Positions 57,225 to 63,308 of a stretch of DNA of 64,000 nt are shown piece by piece. The stretch is from a virus. The stretch spans positions 1-64,000 of IMG/VR virus record IMGVR_UViG_3300010354_000065. One strand, 5' to 3'. Below the pieces are notes generated by a model that had not been told where the DNA came from, ran no database searches, and saw only the letters and a program-made list of their open reading frames with translations. The position numbers and the translations under genes are program-made. Every line of letters begins with the position of its first letter. Position 1 is the first letter of the stretch.

Positions 57225-57776
57225 ATGAAACACGAATATTCTGAAGTTATTGATTTTCAATACGATCGCAATCTTCTTTACAAGACTGTAAAAGAGATAG
57301 TCGAAGAAAACAACCTTTTTAACAAGGCTGTTCCAATTTCTGCATTTAAAAATTTACAGAAGATTAAAATATTATCAGCTCTTAATCTTAAATTCAGAGA
57401 TACCCTTTTTGACATATACATGAATAGTGTAACTGTTGCCTGTTTACAACCCAAACAAAGATCCGCTATACACGTTGATAGAGATGTTGACAACACATTT
57501 ACAACGAAGGCATTGAATGTACCTGTTACAGAATGTAGCAATGTTGTAATGAACTGGTATAAGGTAAAACCAGGTGGTGTTATCAAAACTATTAGGTCTG
57601 CTCGTGGGTGGGAAATACCTGGTCTTTCTTTAGATCAGAGCGTAATAATACACTCACAAACAGCTAACAAACCTTTTTTGGTGAATCCTTCTACATTTCA
57701 CGACATAATTAATAATGGAGACAAACCAGAATTAATTATTAGTATTCGAACAGGAAACGAAAATTGGAGCGGGTAG
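57225..57776 (+). CDS. 2OG-Fe(II)/cupin oxygenase-like protein, antisense within the tRNA array
   Basis: IHVD, LNVPV, MNWY and FHDI.N motifs; paralogue-like to 54485..55069 and 60894..61517. Confidence 0.65.
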   Translation: MKHEYSEVIDFQYDRNLLYKTVKEIVEENNLFNKAVPISAFKNLQKIKILSALNLKFRDTLFDIYMNSVTVACLQPKQRSAIHVDRDVDNTFTTKALNVPVTECSNVVMNWYKVKPGGVIKTIRSARGWEIPGLSLDQSVIIHSQTANKPFLVNPSTFHDIINNGDKPELIISIRTGNENWSG

Positions 57777-57842
57777 TGGGATTCGAACCCATCACTTCGA
57801 GTTTGGAAGACTAGCGTGCTAACCGTTAAACACTATACCCGC
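57765..57842 (-). tRNA. tRNA-Gly(UCC), second divergent copy
   Basis: GCGGGTA acceptor, loop CTTCCAA, U73, CCA. Confidence 0.9.
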
Positions 57843-57845
57843 AGA

Positions 57846-57919
57846 TGGTAGGGGCACCGAGAATCGAACTCGGGTTTGCTGGTTAAAAGCCAGCTACTTT
57901 ACCACTAAGTTATGCCCCC
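57846..57919 (-). tRNA. tRNA-Lys(UUU)
   Basis: Loop CTTTTAA, CCA. Confidence 0.93.
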
Positions 57920-57924
57920 GAAAA

Positions 57925-57998
57925 TGGTACCGGATACTGGTAACGATCCAGTGTCGCACGATTATCAGTCGTGTGCTCTACCTTTGAGCTAATCCGGT
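57925..57998 (-). tRNA. tRNA-Ile(GAU)
   Basis: Loop CTGATAA, atypical T-loop ATCGTTA, CCA. Confidence 0.9.
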
Positions 57999-58000
57999 AT

Positions 58001-58074
58001 TGGCAGAGGGTATTGGAATCGAACCAATAATAACGGAATCAAAATCCGTGGTTATACCATTTAACTAACCCCCA
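58001..58074 (-). tRNA. tRNA-Gln(UUG)
   Basis: Loop TTTTGAT, G73, CCA. Confidence 0.92.
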
Positions 58075-58083
58075 ACAAAACTA

Positions 58084-58159
58084 TGGTACCGCCTTCTGGG
58101 ATCGAACCAGATTCCACGGTTCTTCAGACCGTTGCTATGACCACATCAGCTAAAGCGGC
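58084..58159 (-). tRNA. tRNA-Phe(GAA)
   Basis: Loop CTGAAGA, CCA. Confidence 0.92.
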
Positions 58160-58169
58160 TTATGATAAT

Positions 58170-58245
58170 TGGGCAGGAGAACGGGAGTTGAACCCTGTCT
58201 TACTGTTTCACAGACAGTCGTGCGCACCGGTACACTATTCCCTGC
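58170..58245 (-). tRNA. tRNA-His(GUG), irregular acceptor and T stems
   Basis: Loop CTGTGAA, G-1:C73 pair, CCA; bulged stems. Confidence 0.8.
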
Positions 58246-58251
58246 ACTGTA

Positions 58252-58327
58252 TGGAACCACCTGAGAGAGTCGAACTCCCGCCTCTTCGTTCGTAGCGAAG
58301 TGTTCTGATCCATTGAACTAAGGTGGT
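58252..58327 (-). tRNA. tRNA-Arg(ACG)
   Basis: Loop CTACGAA, CCA. Confidence 0.93.
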
Positions 58328-58331
58328 GGAT

Positions 58332-58408
58332 TGGTGCCCAAGGAGGGATTCGAACCCACACTGTATGGCTTCTAAGACCATTGCCTCTACCAATTGCGCT
58401 ACTTGGGC
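58332..58408 (-). tRNA. tRNA-Leu(UAG) with a short variable loop
   Basis: Loop CTTAGAA, 5-nt variable loop, A73, CCA. Confidence 0.9.
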
Positions 58409-58423
58409 TTGCTATATACTTTT

Positions 58424-58957
58424 ATGCACAATCGCCAAACTTTTATACACACACAACGACTTGAGCAAGCAACCGCGAATATTAAAGATGACTTCTTTAG
58501 AATATACGGCGGTGTTGATAAGCTCAAAATTATAAAGTCACCCAAGCAAGACAAAGGAGTCTCCGCTGAGTGGGTTGGATCATTTGCATACTTTCAAAAA
58601 CGTAATCCTCAATGGGACCCTCTTTGTCAGTTTCGCTCACGTTTTCTCAAACCTTTTGTTGAGTCTTTTCCTCAAAACCACCTATTTGGTATATGGTTCA
58701 GTGCTATATTACCAGGTGGAGTTATACAGTGGCACACTGACAAATATGACGAGGGGGAAGACTATATCAGAGTACACTTGCCTCTCATTGTACCACAAGG
58801 CGACATAGGTATCACTGTAGAAGAGACAACATATAAATGGGACGAAGGTAAAGTGTTTTGTTTTGATCCTTTTGTAATGCATACCGCATGGAATAAAACA
58901 AACAACCTTCGTCTAAACTTAAATTTTAATTTTTCCAAAAAAGCTTTTATTTGTTGA
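58424..58957 (+). CDS. Aspartyl/asparaginyl beta-hydroxylase-like oxygenase, antisense within the tRNA array
   Basis: FS.ILPGG.I.WHTD, RVHLPLIVP, WDEG..F.FD..HTAWN and R motifs; start moved to the ATG at 58424 to avoid the tRNA-Leu overlap. Confidence 0.85.
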   Translation: MHNRQTFIHTQRLEQATANIKDDFFRIYGGVDKLKIIKSPKQDKGVSAEWVGSFAYFQKRNPQWDPLCQFRSRFLKPFVESFPQNHLFGIWFSAILPGGVIQWHTDKYDEGEDYIRVHLPLIVPQGDIGITVEETTYKWDEGKVFCFDPFVMHTAWNKTNNLRLNLNFNFSKKAFIC

Positions 58958-59125
58958 AAGCACTCCAGTCTGTTTAAGGATCCGGTGATCCCCTCTTATC
59001 TTTGCTATACGCTCAAAAGCCCTAGTGCCACCACAGCACATCGAGGGACTCGATAGAGGTCGGTATTACCTTTGGAGTCAGGCAGCTGGTTAGGCTTTTT
59101 GCTCACAGGCTTTCAACAAATAAAA
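58945..59125 (-). ncRNA. Unknown structured RNA closed by a perfect 17-bp stem
   Basis: 58945-58961 and 59109-59125 are perfect inverted repeats; begins just after the CCA of tRNA-Ile2. Confidence 0.55.
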
Positions 59126-59127
59126 CA

Positions 59128-59205
<78 letters not shown>

Positions 59206-59212
59206 AATAGGA

Positions 59213-59409
59213 TTTGCAAGTAGTGCCACCACGTTATTGGCACCATTCACCCGATTATACTAGTCCGGACGGGAGTCGGTAAGTCACTTGAAATACTCAA
59301 CACAGTGTCCCTTATTTTTTGCTAGGGATTCGCGCCCCCCACTGCTTTACTCTATTTGGCTCTTCGAAGTAACCTTATAGAGTGTCTTTCTCCTGCTGAC
59401 ACTTGCAAA
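59213..59409 (-). ncRNA. Unknown structured RNA between tRNA-Asn and tRNA-Ile2
   Basis: About 200-nt non-coding spacer closed by the 9-bp inverted repeat TTTGCAAGT/ACTTGCAAA. Confidence 0.5.
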
Positions 59410-59412
59410 ACT

Positions 59413-59489
59413 TGGCTGGCCTGGTAGGGATCGAACCCACGACATCTTGATTAACAGTCAAGCGCAACTACCAACTGTGCTACAGGCCA
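59413..59489 (-). tRNA. tRNA-Asn(GUU)
   Basis: Loop CTGTTAA, U1-A72, G73, CCA. Confidence 0.95.
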
Positions 59490-59500
59490 ATATTCAACAT

Positions 59501-59574
59501 TGGTGCCCCCACCATGAATCGAACAAGGAATTGATGCTTACAAGGCAACTGTTATACCATTTAACTATAGGGGC
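59501..59574 (-). tRNA. tRNA-Thr(UGU)
   Basis: Loop CTTGTAA, CCA. Confidence 0.92.
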
Positions 59575-59592
59575 AAATCTTTTCTACTTATT

Positions 59593-59668
59593 TGGTCTCC
59601 GACACTGGACTCGAACCAGCACCTTCTGCACCCCAAATGCAGTGGACTACCTATTATCCCAATCGGAG
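59593..59668 (-). tRNA. tRNA-Pro(UGG)
   Basis: Loop TTTGGGG, C1-G72, A73, CCA. Confidence 0.93.
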
Positions 59669-59672
59669 GTAT

Positions 59673-59746
59673 TGGTAGCAGGTCGGGGTAACGCTCCCCG
59701 CTCGGATGGGCTTATGAGACCCACCGGATCACTTGATCTACCTGCA
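59673..59746 (-). tRNA. Initiator-like tRNA-Met(CAU), atypical
   Basis: U1xU72 mismatch, GGG/CCC in the anticodon stem, loop CTCATAA, short D-arm, T-loop AGCGTTA, CCA. Confidence 0.8.
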
Positions 59747-59753
59747 ATTGTTT

Positions 59754-59828
59754 TGGTGGACCGCTGGAGAATCGAACTCCAACCTCCGCCGTGCAAAGGC
59801 GGCGTGCTCCCATTATCACTAGCAGCCC
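59754..59828 (-). tRNA. tRNA-Ala(UGC)
   Basis: G3.U70, loop TTTGCAC, CCA. Confidence 0.95.
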
Positions 59829-59831
59829 TTT

Positions 59832-59906
59832 TGGCGGTTTCAAGGGGTAACGATCCCCTTCTTCATGCGTGACAGGCATGCGTGCGTCCATGAACACTTT
59901 GAAACC
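59832..59906 (-). tRNA. tRNA-Asp(GUC)
   Basis: Loop CTGTCAC, G73, atypical T-loop ATCGTTA, CCA. Confidence 0.9.
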
Positions 59907-59982
59907 TTATAGAAGCACATTACTGTTAACCTTGCCTCAACTCTTGTGTTAAGGATCCAAAGGATAATGTGCTTTTATAAGG
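59905..59982 (-). ncRNA. Long hairpin (17/18 bp) abutting the 5' end of tRNA-Asp; processing stem or small RNA
   Basis: 59905-59922 pairs with 59965-59982. Confidence 0.5.
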
Positions 59983-60159
59983 TGTAGGCTACGTTTCCAC
60001 ATCGCCCCTACTTGAGTTGACACCCTGTCGTCACCTTTGCTTCTTCGGCTGTGTGAATCATCCTAGCAGTTCCTAAGTTGTTTAGACTTGCTAACGGTGT
60101 ACTGCCACCGGGAATCTACGTTTATCCATCGCCTCTGTCACGCCGAGGAAGCGGGATTA
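59983..60159 (-). ncRNA. Unknown structured RNA with a duplicated GGCGATG-N3-AAACGTAG motif
   Basis: Non-coding spacer between tRNA-Tyr and the Asp hairpin; 18-nt motif at 60116-60133 and 59989-60006. Confidence 0.5.
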
Positions 60160-60252
60160 TGGTGGAGGTCCACGGATTCGAACCGCGAATGTTTACCACG
60201 AGGGACCGGATTTACAGTCCAGTGCAGCACACGCCATAGCTGCAAGACCTCC
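60160..60252 (-). tRNA. tRNA-Tyr(GUA)
   Basis: Long variable region, loop CTGTAAA, A73, CCA. Confidence 0.92.
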
Positions 60253-60259
60253 TAAAAAC

Positions 60260-60337
60260 TGGAGTACCGGGTCAGATTCGAACTGACGGTTGTAGAGTTT
60301 TGCAGACTCTTGCATTGGGCCACTCTGCCACCGATAC
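60260..60337 (-). tRNA. tRNA-Cys(GCA)
   Basis: Loop CTGCAAA, U73, CCA. Confidence 0.94.
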
Positions 60338-60340
60338 ATT

Positions 60341-60495
60341 TACCATTTGTTTAATGCTATCGCGCCAATTTGTCAACAAAGTAGCTAACTCTGACAAGCG
60401 AATAGCGGTTGTATCAGGACCTGTTCCTCGCACAGTTAGGCCCGCATAGTCTATGCGTCCATAGACGATACCCTGATAGCATTAAACAAATGGTA
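60341..60495 (-). ncRNA. Unknown structured RNA closed by a perfect 21-bp stem
   Basis: 60341-60361 and 60475-60495 are perfect inverted repeats; internal hairpins GTCTAT/ATAGAC and CTGT/ACAG. Confidence 0.6.
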
Positions 60496-60566
60496 CACCT
60501 AGGGAGAATCGAACTCCTCGTTTCCGCCTTGAAAGGGCAGCGTCCTAGCCGTTAGACGATAGGTGC
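60491..60566 (-). tRNA. tRNA-Glu(UUC), first gene of the array
   Basis: Loop CTTTCAA, CCA. Confidence 0.95.
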
Positions 60567-60584
60567 ACGTAACCATCTACAAAT

Positions 60585-60596
60585 TGTAAAAGAGCA
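60585..60596 (-). promoter_or_regulatory. boxA-like antitermination site TGCTCTTTTACA
   Basis: 11/12 match to rrn boxA TGCTCTTTAACA, located between the promoter and the first tRNA. Confidence 0.7.
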
Positions 60597-60630
60597 AAGT
60601 AGTCAATGTTGTTAACTACTCAATATGAAC

Positions 60631-60659
60631 ATTATATGACAAAACAAACATCTTGTCAA
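60631..60659 (-). promoter_or_regulatory. Perfect sigma70 promoter TTGACA-17-TATAAT driving the tRNA array
   Basis: -35 at 60659-60654, -10 at 60636-60631, 17-nt spacer. Confidence 0.92.
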
Positions 60660-60689
60660 CAGTCCATTTTTGGTTAAATAACCACAAAC

Positions 60690-60723
60690 AAAAAACCCCG
60701 GTTTCTTTCGATTCCGGGGTTCC
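60690..60723 (-). terminator. Intrinsic terminator (attenuator 3:4 hairpin)
   Basis: GGAACCCCGG-AATCGAAAGAAA-CCGGGGTTTTTT, followed by GTTTGT. Confidence 0.85.
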
Positions 60724-60750
60724 TGGTTTGTAGATACTTGTGCTACAGCT

Positions 60751-60858
60751 TCAGGTTCCCCTCACTCCAATCCATGTATTATAGGCGCATGGGCGAGCGA
60801 CGGTCAACAGACCGGGCTGCTTGCGCTCAATAAACGATGATATGTGAAGGTGAACCAT
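60751..60858 (-). CDS. 35-aa leader peptide MVHLHISSFIERKQPGLLTVARPCAYNTWIGVRGT
   Basis: GAGG SD 6 nt before the ATG; TGA embedded in the antiterminator arm; 30 distinct codons. Confidence 0.7.
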   Translation of the reverse strand: MVHLHISSFIERKQPGLLTVARPCAYNTWIGVRGT

Positions 60859-60893
60859 TTTTTTCCTCATAGTACTACTATATATGTCTTCTT

Positions 60894-61517
60894 TTAGTCG
60901 ACAATACAATCCTCAAAAATTTTTTTTGCCTTGTCCCACTGTAGCCTTTGTTTGGTTTCTAAGTCACCGAGCACCACGCACGCAACGTATCTCGGATACT
61001 TACTGTTATGGACAGCATGAATCCTACCAACGTTAACAAGGCTTGGTGTACCAATAGATGCTGAGTAGGCGTGAATAAGATCTTCTCGTGGTGCGTAAGA
61101 ATATTGTGTGTTAATAACTGTTGTGTTTGTTTTAAGAGTGGCACCTGGCCGTAGCTCGTACCAATCCATTGTGCTATTTTCACCACCTCTCATCCAGTTG
61201 AGTTTTACAACATCGTTAATTTCCGGACTATCTGAATGAGGCTCTAAAGTCCGGCCTGGTGGAGTGTAGAAGTACTCACCAGCAATAACAAACAAGCTTC
61301 TTAGACTCAACCATCCTTTAAATTCATCATCCATATCTGCTTTGTGAAAGCGAGTATGGTAGTGCAGCTGCGTATTGGGAACCGGATATTCAGGAAATGT
61401 AAATGATACCGGTATTTTCAGATGATGGTGATACTTGTTTATAAAAGAGGCCATTTGACTATTGAACGATGAAGGTCGATCAAGAACACGAGACGTCGGT
61501 ACGATGAGTTGTTCCAC
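60894..61517 (-). CDS. 2OG-Fe(II)/cupin oxygenase-like protein (start probably MASF at 61454)
   Basis: FYTPPG..LEPHSD, KLNW, MDWY and LVNVG.IHAV.N..R motifs. Confidence 0.7.
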   Translation of the reverse strand: MEQLIVPTSRVLDRPSSFNSQMASFINKYHHHLKIPVSFTFPEYPVPNTQLHYHTRFHKADMDDEFKGWLSLRSLFVIAGEYFYTPPGRTLEPHSDSPEINDVVKLNWMRGGENSTMDWYELRPGATLKTNTTVINTQYSYAPREDLIHAYSASIGTPSLVNVGRIHAVHNSKYPRYVACVVLGDLETKQRLQWDKAKKIFEDCIVD

Positions 61518-62107
61518 GCACTATGTTCACATTGATTGTCAAAAGCAAACACGTTGTCCCAATGAATAAAGATTGTCCGCTCAATTTCAAATGTGATATC
61601 CCCTTCAGGTACTATTAGAGGGATATGACATCTCACGTACTGTTTACGTCGATTTTCAATTCCAGTATGACGACCTATACGACTATGAGCTTCCATAATG
61701 CTATATGTCGCGATCGGACAAGCAATCTGTCCACCTTCAACTCCATCTGGATAAAGATTGTCAAAATGATCAACAAGCTTCCAGGCAGCAGGATATTTGT
61801 CTCGGTTCGTAGCCGATTTGGTATTAACACCAGGATCCGTATACCGTAACCCCTCAACTTTCCATGCATCACCTGCAGCTGCATTACCAGCTGTCTTCCA
61901 CTGACCAACGGTTTTCATTTTATATTTTGGATCAAGCTCGCGTTCTTCAGGTGTTGGTTGTTTGTCACTAAAATTAGGAAAAATTTTCAAAAAATCCGCC
62001 GTCATTCCTTCACGAAAAGTATTGAAAAAATCAGTGAATATGAATTCGTCTGCTAGTTGATACTTCATGTCGATCTCTCGCTTGTCTATAAAATATATGA
62101 TTACCAA
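61439..62107 (-). CDS. Aspartyl/asparaginyl beta-hydroxylase-like protein (start probably MKYQ at 62068)
   Basis: YS...HS.I.RHTG.EN, RCHIPLIVP, FDNQ.EHSAWN and RLVFLID motifs. Confidence 0.8.
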   Translation of the reverse strand: MVIIYFIDKREIDMKYQLADEFIFTDFFNTFREGMTADFLKIFPNFSDKQPTPEERELDPKYKMKTVGQWKTAGNAAAGDAWKVEGLRYTDPGVNTKSATNRDKYPAAWKLVDHFDNLYPDGVEGGQIACPIATYSIMEAHSRIGRHTGIENRRKQYVRCHIPLIVPEGDITFEIERTIFIHWDNVFAFDNQCEHSAWNNSSYRRLVFLIDLHRSIVKWPLL

Positions 62108-62585
62108 TTTGTGTAGTTCTATACAGCCGCCACTTTGGATTTATAGCCACACTGTGAAAGTATGTAGCTCCTTTTGTAACATCATCAATTAGCTCATGGT
62201 AAAGTAAGACTAAAATAGAGAAGTCCACAATATCATGATACAACTGCGTGTGTTTGATAGCGTTCCGTCGCTTCGTAATAGAAGGATCACACAACCAGCT
62301 GAATTGGCATACGCCGTTTTGCTTTTGATGAACAACATTACATATTGTACTTGGGAATTTGTACGACAAGACCCTGTTGATAGTCACAAAAGCAACTGCT
62401 AACTTACCATTTACTGACTCAGAAGCCGCCTCGAAGTAAATATTTTCAGCAAGACACGTTACTTGTCGTTGTGATTCTTTACTTAACTCATGAAAACTCG
62501 GTGAGAGTGGCAAGTTTGAAGGAATTGCCGCGGCTGCTGAGAGTATAAATGTTGAAAGCAGAAATCCTGTCAGGATAGCTCTCAT
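62031..62585 (-). CDS. SleB/Hydrolase_2 family cell-wall hydrolase with a signal peptide
   Basis: CLAENIYFEA, VA.VT.NRV, C.VV.Q, CQFSW, GATYFH and IGNHIFY motifs; hydrophobic N-terminus. Confidence 0.92.
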   Translation of the reverse strand: MRAILTGFLLSTFILSAAAAIPSNLPLSPSFHELSKESQRQVTCLAENIYFEAASESVNGKLAVAFVTINRVLSYKFPSTICNVVHQKQNGVCQFSWLCDPSITKRRNAIKHTQLYHDIVDFSILVLLYHELIDDVTKGATYFHSVAINPKWRLYRTTQIGNHIFYRQARDRHEVSTSRRIHIH

Positions 62586-62604
62586 TTATCTCTCCTTTTA
62601 AAGA

Positions 62605-62901
62605 GGTGGGTTATTCTGTTACGAGGAAACCCACCGAAACCCTAAGCCGTGTTTAGGCGGCTAATGCGAAACGTTCATCGTTTGCGTTTACTTAATTTAC
62701 TTTTAACGACTCTCTGTGTCGGATCGTCCATATTTCTACTCTTTGCCCTGTCGAAACCAGGTCAGGCCCATCAAAAGCATACACAATTCCTCACCTTGTA
62801 GGAGTCTCATATTTCAGAGCCGATCCCTGTATGCTTTTGGTGGACCTGGGCGGAATCGAACCGCCGTCCAGAACACCTTTCGATCTACTTCATACGATCG
62901 T
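62605..62901 (-). ncRNA. ssrA: Circularly permuted (two-piece) tmRNA; acceptor piece about 62901-62838, coding piece 62769 to about 62605
   Basis: The T-arm and CAGGTCCACCA precede GGGCCTGACCTGGTTTCGAC; 7-bp acceptor stem with G3.U70; tag ANDERFALAA* at 62685-62653. Confidence 0.93.
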
Positions 62902-62905
62902 AAAA

Positions 62906-63280
62906 CTACTTATCTACCTTCTGATGATACGGCACAGTCATTTTTCTTTCTGTGCTTGTCTTCATATGGCTATGTGCCTTCGCACTATTCCGGATTATAT
63001 CATAAGATACGTGATGAGTAAACCCATCTTTGTCTTCATGAGAAGACGCTGCCTGTACAGTATGTGTTTTATAATTGCCATACGACTTTGTATGAATCCG
63101 GTAATGTAGATTACCACTACCTCCATGCGCAAGGTCATGGTTTGTAATAATGCCATGCTCTTTACTCTGCTTGATGTGTTTCACAGCTGTCTTTGGAATA
63201 TGCTTTGCAAGCTCATGACCAGACATCCACTCGGATGTAGTCTTGTTTTCTTCCGTAATAAACTCTGTAAAAGTTAACAT
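62906..63280 (-). CDS. His-rich protein with an MLTFTEFITEE N-terminus; candidate internal head protein
   Basis: N-terminus resembles T4 internal-protein capsid targeting/gp21 cleavage sequences; AATAAATA upstream. Confidence 0.55.
   Translation of the reverse strand: MLTFTEFITEENKTTSEWMSGHELAKHIPKTAVKHIKQSKEHGIITNHDLAHGGSGNLHYRIHTKSYGNYKTHTVQAASSHEDKDGFTHHVSYDIIRNSAKAHSHMKTSTERKMTVPYHQKVDK
62907..62914 (-). promoter_or_regulatory. Late-promoter-like GATAAGTA immediately upstream of the tmRNA acceptor piece
   Basis: Two mismatches to TATAAATA; would place the start at about 62901, where pairing with the coding piece begins. Confidence 0.4.
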
Positions 63281-63300
63281 GCAGCGTCCTTTGTTTGTAA

Positions 63301-63308
63301 TATTTATT
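63301..63308 (-). promoter_or_regulatory. Late promoter variant AATAAATA
   Basis: 21 nt upstream of the ORF start at 63280. Confidence 0.6.

Noticed and set aside
60690-60860. 6S RNA-like interpretation of the structured leader
   Set aside because: I could not build a long rod with a central bubble. The SD, ORF and competing helices ending in a U-tailed terminator fit an attenuator better, though an Rfam scan should confirm this.
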